64,000 nucleotides of DNA from Macrostomum lignano. Taxonomy: Eukaryota. The translations under genes were made by a program, and so were the position numbers. The stretch is taken from positions 248,001 through 312,000 of the forward strand of contig NIVC01000617.1 in the NCBI GenBank assembly GCA_002269645.1, given 5' to 3'. This document shows, in pieces, positions 12,825 to 26,138 of this stretch. The notes below the pieces were generated by a model. It had not been told where the DNA came from, did not search any database, and saw nothing but the letters and a program-made list of their open reading frames with translations. The first letter of the stretch is position 1. Each line of letters opens with the position of its first letter.

Positions 12825-13665
12825 CATCATCCATTCTCTCCCCTCTCCTCTCATCTCTCTCAGCAGATCTCTTTCACATCATCTCTTTTATCTCTCCTCT
12901 CCTCTCATCTCTCTTCTCTCATCTCTTATCTCTCATCTTATCTATCTCTCCTCTCCTCTCCTCTTTCTCCTCTCCTCTCATCTCTCTTCTCATCTCTCTC
13001 CTCTCCTCTCATCTCTCTTCTCATCTCTCTCCTCTCCTCTCCTCTTTCTCTTCTCCTCTCATCTCTCTTCTCATCTCTATCCTCTCCTCTCATCTCCTCT
13101 TTCTCTTCTCCTCTCATCTCTCTTCTCATCTCTCTCCTCTCCTCTCCTCTTTCCCCTCTCCTCTCATCTCTCTTCTCATCTCTATCCTCTCCTCTCCTCT
13201 CCTCTTTCTCTTCTCCTCTCATCTCTCTTCTCATCTCTCTCCTCTCCTCTCCTCTTTCTCCTCTCCTCTCATCTCTCTTCTCATCTCTCTCCTCTCCTCT
13301 TATCTCTCTTCTCATCTCTCTCCTCTCCTCTCATCTCTCTTCTCATCTCTCTCCTCTCCTCTCCTCTTTCTCTTCTCCTCTCATCTCTCTTCTCATCTCT
13401 ATCCTCTCCTCTCATCTCCTCTTTCTCTTCTCCTCTCATCTCTCTTCTCATCTCTATCCTCTCCTCTCATCTCCTCTTTCTCTTCTCCTCTCATCTCTCA
13501 TCTCATCTCTCTCCTCTCCTCTCCTGTCCTCTTTCTCCTATTCTCTCATCTCTCTTATCTTATCTTATCTCCCACATCTCATCTTATCTCTCCCCTCTCA
13601 TCTCTCTCTTCTCTCATCTCTTTCATCTCCTCTCATCTTTCTTCAGCTACTTCATCTAATTTTCT
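12825..13665. repeat. Pyrimidine-rich low-complexity repeat
   Basis: CTCTCATCTCTCTTCTCATCT-type units. Confidence 0.9.
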
Positions 13666-14244
13666 TGCCTTCATTTTTAACTTAAACTTTCTATAACTCG
13701 AATATTATATTTATACATTACTGGATATTGTACTACAAACTTATTAAGCGTTAATTACTGGTGTTGTATATCTTACTGGCTGTGACCTGCACTCAAGAAC
13801 TGATTAAAGAGTTTTTCCAGACGCCTACAACAATTACTAAAATATTACAGTAATTCTGATTGATGACTGTCTATTTTTGATTATCTGTTGTGCCTACATG
13901 TATTGTGGCGTGTGTCATGTTTCACAGGCTAATATTCCAGGTGTAATAAGTAAATCATTTTTTCTAAGAATACACTCTACTTCGTATTTGTGTTACACTG
14001 TCTGTTAACCAGATTGGCACATGTACTTAGATTTGTAATGGTATTACTGTCAAATCTGTGTTATTTTACTGTTGCGCAACATAAATATGGTTATGATTTT
14101 TGTATGCAGAATAATACAAACTTGTGCCGACCGACACTGAATTTAATAATAAATATCTGCTTATTGTTAGCAAAAATAAAAACACTTGCTCTGCTGTTTC
14201 ACTTGCAGACTGACTTTTTTGCTGATGCCTGAACTGGATATTAT

Positions 14245-16735
14245 GCTGGGCCAGCCTCCCAGATCCTCAGTTGCTGGGCCAGCCTCCCAGATCTTCAGTT
14301 GCTGGGCCAGCCTCCCAGAGTGTCAGTTGCTGGACCAGCCTCTCAGATCCTCAGTTGCTGGGTCAGCCTCCCAGATCCTCAGTTGCTGGGCCAGCCTCCC
14401 AGATCCTCAGTTGCTGGGCCAGCCTCCCAGATCCTCAGTTGCTAGGCCAGCCTTCCAGATCCTCAGTTGCTAGGCCAGCCTTTCAGATCCTCAGTTGCTA
14501 GGCCAGCCTCTCAGATCCTCAGTTGCTGGGCCAGCCCCCCAGATCCTCAGTTGCTGGGCCAGCCTCCCAGAGTGTGTTGCTGGACCAGCCTCTCAGATCC
14601 TCAGTTGCTGGGTCAGCCTCCCAGATCCTCAGTTGCTGGGCCAGCCTCCCAGAGTGTCAGTTGCTGGGCCAGCCTCCCAGATCCCCTGTTGCTGGGCCAG
14701 CCTCCCAGATCCTCAGTTGCTGGGCCAGACTACCGGATCCTCAGTTGCTGTGCCAGCCTCTCAGATCCTCAGTTGCTGGGCCAGCCTCCCAGATCCTCAG
14801 TTGCTAGGCCAGCCTTCCAGATCTTCAGTTACTGGGCCAGCCTTCCAGATCCTCAGTTGCTGGGCCAGCCTCCCAGATCCTCAGTTGCTAGGCCAGCCTT
14901 CCAGATCCTCAGTTGCTGGGCCAGCCTTCCAGATCCTCAGTTGCTGGGCCAGCCTTTCAGATCCTCAGTTGCTAGGCCAGCCTTCCAGATCCTTAGTTGC
15001 TGGGCCAGCCTCCCAGATCCTCAGTTGCTAGGCCAGCCTTCCAGATCTTCAGTTACTGGGCCAGCCTTCCAGATCCTCAGTTGCTCGGCCAGCCTCCCAG
15101 ATCCTCAGTTGCTGAGCCAGCCTCCCAGATCCTCAGTTGCTAGGCCAGCCTTCCAGATCCTTAGTTGCTGGGCCAGCCCCCCAGATCCTCAGTTGCTGGG
15201 CCAGCCTCCCAGAGTGTGTTGCTGGACCAGCCTCTCAGATCCTCAGTTGCTGGGTCAGCCTCCCAGATCCTCAGTTGCTGGGCCAGCCTCCCAGAGTGTC
15301 AGTTGCTGGGCCAGCCTCCCAGATCCCCTGTTGCTGGGCCAGCCTCCCAGATCCTCAGTTGCTGGGCCAGACTACCGGATCCTCAGTTGCTGTGCCAGCC
15401 TCTCAGATCCTCAGTTGCTGGGCCAGCCTCCCAGATCCTCAGTTGCTAGGCCAGCCTCCCACATTCTCAGTTGCTGGGCCAGCCTCCCAGATCCTCAGTT
15501 GCTAGGCCAGCCTTCCAGATCTTCAGTTACTGGGCCAGCCTTCCAGATCCTCAGTTGCTGGGCCAGCCTCTCAGATCCTCAGTTGCTGGGCCAGCCTCCC
15601 AGATCCTCAGTTGCTAGGCCAGCCTTCCAGATCCTCAGTTGCTGGGCCAGCCTTCCAGATCCTCAGTTGCTGGGCCAGCCTTTCAGATCCTCAGTTGCTA
15701 GGCCAGCCTTCCAGATCCTTAGTTGCTGGGCCAGCCTCCCAGATCCTCAGTTGCTAGGCCAGCCTTCCAGATCTTCAGTTACTGGGCCAGCCTTCCAGAT
15801 CCTCAGTTGCTCGGCCAGCCTCCCAGATCCTCAGTTGCTGGGCCAGCCTCCCAGATCCTCAGTTGCTAGGCCAGCCTTCCAGATCCTTAGTTGCTGGGCC
15901 AGCCCCCCAGATCCTCAGTTGCTGGGCCAGCCTCCCAGAGTGTCAGTTGCTGGACCAGCCTCTTAGATCCTCAGTTGCTGGGTCAGCCTCCCAGATCCTC
16001 AGTTGCTGGGCCAGCCTCCCAGAGTGTCAGTTGCTGGGCCAGCCTCCCAGATCCCCTGTTGCTGGGCCAGCCTCCCAGATCCTCAGTTGCTGGGCCAGAC
16101 TACCGGATCCTCAGTTGCTGTGCCAGCCTCTCAGATCCTCAGTTGCTGGGCCAGCCTCCCAGATCCTCAGTTGCTAGGCCAGCCTCCCACATTCTCAGTT
16201 GCTGGGCCAGCCTCCCAGATCCTCAGTTGCTAGGCCAGCCTTCCAGATCTTCAGTTACTGGGCCAGCCTTCCAGATCCTCAGTTGCTGGGCCAGCCTCTC
16301 AGATCCTCAGTTGCTGGGCCAGCCTCCCAGATCCTCAGTTGCTAGGCCAGCCTTCCAGATCCTCAGTTGCTGGGCCAGCCTTCCAGATCCTCAGTTGCTG
16401 GGCCAGCCTTTCAGATCCTCAGTTGCTAGGCCAGCCTTCCAGATCCTTAGTTGCTGGGCCAGCCTCCCAGATCTTCAGTTGCTGGGCCAGCCTCCCAGAT
16501 CCTCAGTTGCTGGGCCAGCCTCCCAGATCCTCAGTTGCTGGGCCAGCCTCCCAGATCCTCAGTTTCTGGGCCAGCCTCCCAGATCCTCAGTTGCTGGGCC
16601 AGCCTCCCAGATCCTCAGTTGCTGGGCCGGCCTCCCAGAGTGTCAGTTGCTGGGCCGGCCTCCCAGATCCTCAGTTGCTGGGCCGGCCTCCCAGATCCTC
16701 AGTTGCTGGGCCGGCCTCCCAGATCCTCAGTTGCC
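14245..16735 (+). repeat. 28-bp minisatellite with higher-order structure
   Basis: Unit GCTGGGCCAGCCTCCCAGATCCTCAGTT; rare variant GACTACCGGATCC at 14728, 15370, 16098. Confidence 0.95.
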
Positions 16736-17284
16736 GAGCAGTCATTGATTGCGACAGTGCCCAAAAAAAGTTAACTGGCCATCGCCACAAACTCTCAGTT
16801 CATTGTGTCCCACGAGTCACGTGAAGCCCTGTGCGTGCCATTCCACACACCCCATCTGAACTCCGTGCACAGGCCCAGCATCACGCAGTTGGTCCCAGCC
16901 AATCGGGTCTCGCATCGCGGGCCCAGTCGCAGTCAGTCAGTCGGTTGACAGCTGGGGCATTCATCAGCATATAATTGGGGTTGTTCCTTCCCGTCTAGTG
17001 TGAAAATATAGCGAACTGATATTGTCAGGTCCAACCTTCGAGATCGTTGCTATGCAGACGGAAGAGAAACCGGAAACTGGTCGACAGTCGCATCAACAGG
17101 TGCTTGCGCCGCCGCACCCGATGAGAGCTACGGAGAGGCAGGACTACCGTGAGAATCCGCAGGTTCCACACTTAGGTTTGTTTATTATGCTGGGAGCTAC
17201 CTGTTCGAGGGCTTGATTTGAAGGCTAAGTACGAGTAAAATGATTTAACCAACTTGTGTTCTACTGAACAAATCTCGATCATCA

Positions 17285-17700
17285 CTCTAATCTAAAAGTG
17301 CTGATCCAATCTCGCCCCTAAATCTAATAGTGCTGATCCAATCTCGCCCCTAAATCTAATAGTGCTGATCCAATCTCAGATGTGCTGATCCAATCTCACC
17401 CCCAAATCTAATAGTGCTGGATCAAATCTCAGATGTGCTGATCCAATCTCACCCCCAAATCTAATAGCGCTGATCAAATCTCACCCCAAATCTAATAGCG
17501 CTGATCAAATCTCACCCCAAATCTAATATTGCTTATGAAATCTCACCCCAAATCTAATAGCGCTGATCAAATCTCACCCCAAATCTAATATTGCTTATGA
17601 AATCTCACCCCAAATCTAATAGTGCTAATCAAATCTGATCCTTAATCTAGTACAGTGCTAATCAAGTCTTCTCCTAAATCTAATAGTATTATTCAAGTCT
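17285..17700. repeat. 31-32-bp degenerate minisatellite
   Basis: Unit AAATCTAATAGTGCTGATCCAATCTCGCCCCT. Confidence 0.88.
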
Positions 17701-18122
17701 CATAGTGCTGCAGTTTACCCGAACGCATTCGACACTGGCAGATCTGCCAAAACTCTGGGCAACGGATCCCAGCTTAAGCTCGATAACTTTATCCCAAAGC
17801 CCCATTTGGCGTTGTGGAAGTCATCCCAATCTTATCTCGAAGCGGGGCGGTAATTGTTTGGCTGGTGAATTCCCCTTGGCTTTGGAATCCCACTTCTGAA
17901 CATTCGACTGTTTCTGCCATTTTTGTATAGCATTACAGTGTAGTTGCTATGCCGCTTCTTATCTGATGAGCTAAAGTCCGAAGGCTGATGTGGCTTATCA
18001 CGGTTCTAGACGGTCTTAGACTCGGATTTCAGCTGCTGCCTCAGATTGGAGCGGCCGTCTGCCCGTCACCTCTGACTTCATTAAAAAAATGAGGCGCCAA
18101 TCTAGAGAAAAAAGCGTCCAAA

Positions 18123-20135
18123 ACAGACTGAACTGTCAGTATCTAGACTGAACTGTCAGTATCTAGACTGAACTGTCACTATCTAGACTGAAATGGAACT
18201 ATCTAGACTGAACTGTCACTATCTAGACTGAAATGGCACTATCTAGACTGAAATGGCACTATCTAGACTGAACTGTCACTATCTAGACTGAACTGTCACT
18301 ATCTAGACTGAAATGGCACTATCTAGACTGAACTGTCACTATCTAGACTGAAATGGCACTATCTAGACTGAACTGTCACTATCTAGACTGAAATGGCATT
18401 ATCTAGACTGAAATGGCACTATCTAGACTGAAATGGAACTATCTAGACTGAAATGGAACTATCTAGACTGAACTGTCACCATCTAGACTGAAATGGCACT
18501 ATCTAGACTGAAATGGCACTATCTAGACTGAACTGTCACTATCTAGACTGAACTGTCACTATCTAGACTGAAATGGCACTATCTAGACTGAACTGTCACT
18601 ATCTAGACTGAAATGGCACTATCTAGACTGAACTGTCACTATCTAGACTGAAATGGCATTATCTAGACTGAAATGGCACTATCTAGACTGAAATGGAACT
18701 ATCTAGACTGAAATGGAACTATCTAGACTGAACTGTCACCATCTAGACTGAAATGGCACTATCTAGACTGAAATGGAACTATCTAGACTGAACTGTCACC
18801 ATCTAGACTGAAATGGCACTATCTAGACTGAAATGGCACTATCTAGACTGAACTGTCACTATCTAGACTGAAATGGCACTATCTAGACTGAAATGGCACT
18901 ATCTAGACTGAACTGTCACTATCTAGACTGAACTGTCACTATCTAGACTGAAATGGCACTATCTAGACTGAACTGTCACTATCTAGACTGAAATGGCACT
19001 ATCTAGACTGAAATGGCACTATCTAGACTGAAATGGAACTATCTAGACTGAAATGGCACTATCTAGACTGAAATGGCACTATATCTAGACTGAAATGGCA
19101 CTATCTAGACTGAACTGTCACTATCTAGACTGAAATGGCATTATCTAGACTGAAATGGCACTATCTAGACTGAAATGGAACTATCTAGACTGAAATGGAA
19201 CTATCTAGACTGAACTGTCACCATCTAGACTGAAATGGCACTATCTAGACTGAACTGTCACTATCTAGACTGAAATGGCACTATCTAGACTGAACTGTCA
19301 CTATCTAGACTGAAATGGCACTATCTAGACTGAAATGGCACTATCTAGACTGAACTGTCACTATCTAGACTGAACTGTCACTATCTAGACTGAAATGGCA
19401 CTATCTAGACTGAACTGTCACTATCTAGACTGAAATGGCACTATCTAGACTGAAATGGCACTATCTAGACTGAAATGGAACTATCTAGACTGAAATGGCA
19501 CTATCTAGACTGAAATGGCACTATATCTAGACTGAAATGGCACTATCTAGACTGAACTGTCACTATCTAGACTGAAATGGCACTATCTAGACTGAACTGT
19601 CACTATCTAGACTGAACTGTCACTATCTAGACATAAATGGCACTATCTAGACTGAAATGGCACTATATCTAGACTGAAATGGCACTATCTAGACTGAAAT
19701 GGCACTATATCTAAACTGAAATGGCACTATCTAGACTGAACTGTCACTATCTAGACTGAAATGGCACTATCTAGACTGAACTGTCACTATCTAGACTGAA
19801 ATGGCACTATCTAGACTGAAATGGCACTATCTAGACTGAAATGGCACTATATCTAGACTGAAATGGCACTATCTAGACTGAACTGTCACTATCTAGACTG
19901 AAATGGCACTATCTAGACTGAACTGTCACTATCTAGACTGAACTGTCACTATCTAGACATAAATGGCACTATCTAGACTGAAATGGCACTATATCTAGAC
20001 TGAAATGGCACTATCTAGACTGAACTGTCACTATCTAGACTGAAATGGCACTATCTAGACTGAACTGTCACTATCTAGACTGAGATGGCACTATCTAGAC
20101 TGAAATGGCACTATCTAGACTGAAATGGCACTATA
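18123..20135. repeat. 20-bp two-variant minisatellite
   Basis: TATCTAGACTGAAATGGCAC interspersed with TATCTAGACTGAACTGTCAC. Confidence 0.96.
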
Positions 20136-20139
20136 TAAA

Positions 20140-20285
20140 TTGAAATGGCGCCACCAAAACTGAAATGGCGCCACCAAAACTGAAATGGCGCCACCAGAAC
20201 TGAAATAGCGCCGCCAGAACTGAAATGGCGCCGCTAGAACTGAAATGGCGCCACCAGAACTGAAATGGCGCCGCCAGAACTGATT
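20140..20285. repeat. Short related 20-bp array
   Basis: Unit CTGAAATGGCGCCACCAGAA, about 7 copies. Confidence 0.9.
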
Positions 20286-20769
20286 TTTCGCTCCTTAAGC
20301 TGAAATCTGCACTCCCCCCCCCAAAGACACGCCTTCTCATGGCTACGTGGCGGCCCAGGCCAATGGCTACTGCAGGCTCCGGACAGTCAATCTGGCAGCC
20401 AAAGGCTAATAAACATTCGTCATCAATTCCCAGCCTCCCTTTCTATCCCTGCTCGCTGTGCACTCCAGCTATATGCGTCTTTCAGTTTTTCATTCTGTTG
20501 GATTCGGGCACCAGCGATTTGCGGTAGGCTCGGATAATCACGGAACTGGAGTGTAAGCGGGAGGAGATCTTCTTTAGGACTGCTTCCGAATCGGGTGCTG
20601 GTGAATTCTTGGATGCTATTATCGGGTACGATTGGACTTTGCCTCACCGATTCTGGGTTGTTTGATGACCGCAAATGGGTTGGCTGATGCTACAGGTGCT
20701 TTGAAATGTCCGGGAGCTTAATTAGATGCTTAATTACTGCTTAGAATTCTGCCTGTACCAGCAAGAGGA

Positions 20770-20972
20770 TATGGGAGGCTGGCCCAGCAACTGAGGATCT
20801 GGCAGGCTGGCCCAGCAACTGACACTCTGGGAGGCTGGTCCAGCAACTGACACTGTGGGAGGCTGTCCAGCAACTGAGGATCCGGGAGGCTGGCCCAGCA
20901 ACTGAGGATCCGGTAGTCTGGCCCAGCAACTGAGGATCTAGTAGTCTGGCCCAGCAACTGAGGATCTGGTAG
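20770..20972 (-). repeat. Inverted copy of the 28-bp minisatellite at 14.2-16.7 kb
   Basis: GGGAGGCTGGCCCAGCAACTGAGGATC is the reverse complement of that unit, including its variants. Confidence 0.93.
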
Positions 20973-21611
20973 ATTAGTAAACTATATCTGCTATTTAATC
21001 AATATGATTATTGAATGCAACTCTTAGTGTCGGTGAACTTAGCTGTACTTCAAAATATCTGTCAAGCTATGGAACTGTCGTAACGTACACATAATTACTG
21101 CCAATGAGTGCATGATCCACCCTAGATACCAATTCCGAGAGGTGTCGAGCGAGTGAAGTTCAAACAGTTCAACAATTCCCTCCCCAATCTCTATTTTCCC
21201 ATCCCGCCTTCGCAACCGAGACGATCTGACAGGCGCGGTGCTTGACTGATTGATGAGGGCGGATGATAGCCTGTCTGACAGGAGAGGCCCTTATCAGCAC
21301 CTCGGCATCAAGCCTCCATAAAACTGTCAGATATTATGCGTGCCCATTGCAAGTCAGCCCCGGGGTCCTTACAGAAATTTTTGCTCCGTAAAAAACTTGA
21401 TTACGTATTGGAGAGGAACCGACGAGTTTGGCTTATTGTTTATTTGTGTTGACTTCGATCAGGATATTTTTTAAATGGAATGCCCTGTATTTTCTACTTA
21501 TTTAAGTAGCAAATTAAGTGATTCCAATTCAATTTAAATACGAGGTAAACCATGAATAGCTAAGAATTTTAAGCTGCAAGGGTTATAGTCATAATCAATC
21601 AATCTCTAAAT

Positions 21612-22380
21612 TGTGTGACTGAGCGAATGAGTGATTGAGTGACTGGGTGACTGAATGACTGACTGAGTGACTTAGTGAGTAACTAAGTGAGTGACTGAGT
21701 GAGTGACTGAGTAAGTGAGTAACTGAGTGAGTGACTGAGTGAGTGAGTGAGTGAGTGAGTGAGTGACTGACTGACTGACTGAGTAAGTGAGTGAGTGAGT
21801 GACTGACTGACTGACTGACTGACTGACTGACTGACTGACTGACTGACTGACTGACTGACTGACTGACTGACTGACTGACTGACTGACTGACTGACTGACT
21901 GACTGACTGACTGACTGACTGACTGACTGACTGACTGACTGACTGACTGACTGACTGACTGACTGACTGACTGACTGACTGACTGACTGACTGACTGACT
22001 GACTGACTGACTGACTGACTGTGTGAGTGAGTGAGTGAGTGAGTGAGTGAGTGAGTGAGTGAGTGAGTGAGTGAGTGAGTGAGTGAGTGAGTGAGTGAGT
22101 GAGTGAGTGAGTGAGTGAGTGAGTGAGTGAGTGAGTGAGTGAGTGAGTGAGTGAGTGAGTGAGTGAGTGAGTGAGTGAGTGAGTGAGTGAGTGAGTGAGT
22201 GAGTGAGTGAGTGAGTGAGTGAGTGAGTGAGTGAGTGAGTGAGTGAGTGAGTGAGTGAGTGAGTGAGTGAGTGAGTGAGTGAGTGAGTGAGTGAGTGAGT
22301 GAGTGAGTGAGTGAGTGAGTGAGTGAGTGAGTGAGTGAGTGAGTGAGTAAGTGACTGTGTGAGTGAGTGAGTGAGCCAGT
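21612..22380. repeat. Compound microsatellite (GAGT)n-(GACT)n-(GAGT)n
   Basis: Direct inspection; sharp motif switches near 21800 and 22020. Confidence 0.97.
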
Positions 22381-22429
22381 CAGTTGGCAAAGAGCTCAAA
22401 TTTCCCTCCCCGGCGTTCCGTAATTCCCA

Positions 22430-22538
22430 ATGCCGCAGAGCCATTTGAGTTCCATGTTTTACTCAAGCTCCCCAACTAAAACCAGAGGCCGAACAGTGAA
22501 CTCTACTCTTTTTCTGACTAAGAGAAACGCAGAATCAG
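22430..22538 (+). CDS. Candidate alternative first exon of stomatin-like gene (MPQSHLSS..NAES)
   Basis: ATG-open frame to TCA G|gtcagt, phase 1; poor start context (C at -3). Confidence 0.3.
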
Positions 22539-22817
22539 GTCAGTGTATTTTCTATTCAACTACCCTACATGCCCTTGGTGTATTTTCTCCTACATATGCG
22601 AGCTTTGCAAGCGATTGGCGAATGCCAGCATTGACCAAAGCGGTGCCGGCGGACTCTGATTGGTCAAAAGTGTTTTCTCAACTTTCTTCGGGGGGGGGGC
22701 AAACTTCTAGCTGTGAATGGAATTCGAACTTTAGCTGGGCATTAGAGACACTTGGGAGAGTAGAGCATAGTCTGCTGGTATAGTCTGCTGATTTAAAATA
22801 TAAAATTTACTTTGAGT

Positions 22818-22902
22818 ATGAAAACTGGGGTCACAGTGAGCATCAATGACTTGGAGAAGTCCGAGACACAGTTACAGCCGCAGCAACAGCTGCAGCAGCA
22901 GC

Positions 22903-22936
<34 letters not shown>

Positions 22937-22998
22937 GCAACAGCAGTACAGTCGGAACAGAAAATACTCGGTTGTCGACCCTCAAACGGATCTAGTTG
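22818..22998 (+). CDS. Candidate alternative first exon of stomatin-like gene, polyQ (MKTGVTVSINDLEKSE..QQQ..VDPQTDLV)
   Basis: AGTATGA start, in-frame CAG/CAA polyQ, donor GTT G|gtaagt; 181 nt = phase 1, matches acceptor at 63008. Confidence 0.7.
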
Positions 22999-23044
22999 GT
23001 AAGTGGTAGCTGAGTGCTGACGAGGGACATAAATAAGATTGACA

Positions 23045-24357
23045 AGGGGATGGCATGTGGATAGAGAGGCGGATAGAGAAAGAAGGATAGAGAGAGGTGG
23101 ATAGAGAGGTGGATAGAGAGGAGGTAAATAGAGAGAGGCGGATAGAGAAAGAAGGATAGAGAGAAGTGGATAGAGAGAGGTGGATAGAGAGAGGTGGATA
23201 TAGAGAGGTGGATAGAAAGGAGGTGAATAGAGAGAGGTGGATTTTTTTATAGAGGCAGGGGGTCGTGTGCACCCTGGCGCACTTTTAGCGACATAGGCAC
23301 ACAACCGGCGAGAGGCATTGCTGCCCATTCCGCCGACTCCCCTGAGCAGGCATACAAGCGCGCGGATACGTACGCAGGCACACACTCACACAGGAGTGTA
23401 CAGCGGCCCTAACTTTATATTATCGTTAGGCATGTACACTTCACTGCGCCTTGGGGGGTTGGCTCTCAAGGCCGTTAATTGCACGAGCAGAGCCAAGCCG
23501 AGATTCCAATTCAGCCCCAAATTAATGTGACTGCACTTGGAATCGAGCCTGGGTCGCTGGCACACCAGAGCCTGCGCTAGACTGCTGGGCTACGGCCCAT
23601 ATGATAGAGAGAGTGGATAGGTGGATAGAGAGGTGGATAGAGAGAGGTGGATAGAGAGAGGTGGATAGAGAGAGGTGAATATAGAGAAGTGGGTAGAGAG
23701 AGGTGGATAGAGAGAGGTGGATAGAGAGAGGTGGATAGAGAGAGGTGAATATAGAGAAGTGGGTAGAGAGAGGTGGATAGAGAGAGGTGGATAGAGAGGG
23801 GTGGATAGAGAGAGGTGGATAGAGAGAGGTGGATATAGAGAGGTGGATAGAGAGAGGTGGATAGAGAGAGGTGGATAGAGAGGGGTGGATAGAGAAAGGT
23901 GGATATAGAGAGGTGGATAGAGAGAGGTGGATATAGAGAGGTGGATATAAAGAGGGGGATAGAGAGGAGGTGGATAGAGGTGGATATAGAGAGGTGGATA
24001 GAGAGAGGTGGATAGAGAGAGGTGGATAGAGAGAGGTGGATAGAGAGAGGTGGATAGAGAGAGGTGGATAGAGAGAGGTGGATAGAGAGAGGTGGATAGA
24101 GAGGTGGATAGAGAGAGGTGGATAGAGAGAGGTGGATAGAGAGGTGGATAGAGAGAGGTTGATAGAGAGAGGTGGATAGAGAGAGGTGGATAGAGAGAGG
24201 TGGATATAGAGAGGTGGATAGAGAGGAGGTGGATAGAGAGAGGTGGATAGAGAGAGGTGGATAGAGAGAGGTGGATATAGAGAGGTGGATAGAGAGGAGG
24301 TGGATAGAGAGAGGTGGATAGAGAGGAGGTGGATAGAGAGAGGTGGATAGAGAGAGG
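23045..24357. repeat. About 14-bp purine-rich minisatellite split by a SINE
   Basis: Unit GTGGATAGAGAGAG on both sides of 23242-23598. Confidence 0.93.
23242..23598 (-). mobile_element. tRNA-derived SINE family B, apparently full length with A-tail
   Basis: Minus strand GGGCCGTAGCCCAGCAG (A box-like), GGCTCGATTCC (B box-like), ends TATAAAAAAA; second copy at 45330. Confidence 0.8.
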
Positions 24358-24886
24358 TGTACAGCCGGTGACACCGCAAAGCACTCAAACAGCTGAAGTC
24401 ACTCCAATCCCCCCAACATTCAGTCGGCAAAAAACTGGTGTCGGATGAAAATTGCAAAAACAGGGAGAGCAAGAGAGACAGAAATGGGGAGAAGAGACCT
24501 CTGCCGAGATTTACTCCTTTGAGCTCGGCAGATCTGCGGGGGAGATGATGAGTGGGGGGCGGCTCGGTCCGCCCTGGCTGCCACTCTCCGTCCCGAACTG
24601 CCGGGGTCCGAGGTAAATAATGCAGCCGCTCGGCCCGCGCGTGGGGCATAAATTATGCAAAACAGGGGAGCGACGGGAGCCGGTGTCGAAGGGGCGGAGG
24701 CGGGGAAGAGGCAGCGGGGCATTCCTCCGCCCCAGCCCCGCGCTGGACTGTAGTGGGCCGCCTGGTTTGATAGTCGAAGTTCTAATAAAATTGAGTCTTT
24801 TCGAATCGAGCGTTGCTTCTGATTCCAGAGCAGGCCTGTGATAGCAACTCCACTCTGCTGCTTGCGTGCGATCTCCAGCTTTGTAC

Positions 24887-25412
<526 letters not shown>

Positions 25413-25442
25413 CTCTTCATGTATACTTGCTAGGATATTTCT

Positions 25443-25467
25443 AAGACAGACAGACAGACAGACACTA

Positions 25468-25500
<33 letters not shown>

Positions 25501-25583
25501 CTAAGACAGACAGACAGACAGACAGACACTAAGACAGACAGACAGACAGACACTAAGACAGACAGACACTAAGACAGACACTA

Positions 25584-25640
<57 letters not shown>

Positions 25641-25665
25641 CTAAGACAGACACTAAGACAGACAG
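25443..25665. repeat. (GACA)n microsatellite with CTAA interruptions, flanked by a 32-bp direct repeat
   Basis: Flanks 25411-25442 and 25666-25697 are 31/32 identical. Confidence 0.93.
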
Positions 25666-26138
25666 ATCTCTCCATGTATACTTGCTAGGATATTTCTGTC
25701 GGAGTTTATAAGCGAGAAAATTCCTTTTTAACCTGTTTCTCTTTTCTCCGCCTCTCCCCGTTTTCTCATGTATCCAGCCAGGTATGTCATGTAGCTCGTA
25801 GGCAGGCTATTTTTAATCGCCATGTCTTGCTAAGAGCCGCAGCCGGGACTACTCTCCCATAACTCATCCTGCTCCCCCTGTTCCTCAACCCTAAAGAATT
25901 CCTTCCCGAGTTTGCAAACTGTCACAATCCACCCTCCAACGTTTTATTCTGTTGAAAGGGCCTTCGACCCTTCCAGTCAGTTTCGATGCAAAAGCAGTGA
26001 CTGCTTGGGGGGGGGTCTTACAATGAGTAATTAGGATGTAGGCCTATGACCTCGAAATATCTTACAACTCAGTCTTTGATCTTTCTCTTAAGTCGATTGG
26101 CATGTTTTGTAAACAGTCCTGCCATTTTAGAAGTTGCT

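Noticed and set aside
14467-16824. Long Pro/Gln/Ser ORFs in all three frames
   Set aside because: 28-bp unit rotates frames; repeat artefact
17838-17888. LINE RT-like motif IPKP..PNNYRPAS on the minus strand
   Set aside because: Expected flanking RT residues are absent and a stop follows immediately; probably chance
17963-17983. Hammerhead ribozyme core CTGATGAG..CGAA
   Set aside because: GAAG instead of GAAA, and no convincing stem II or flanking stems
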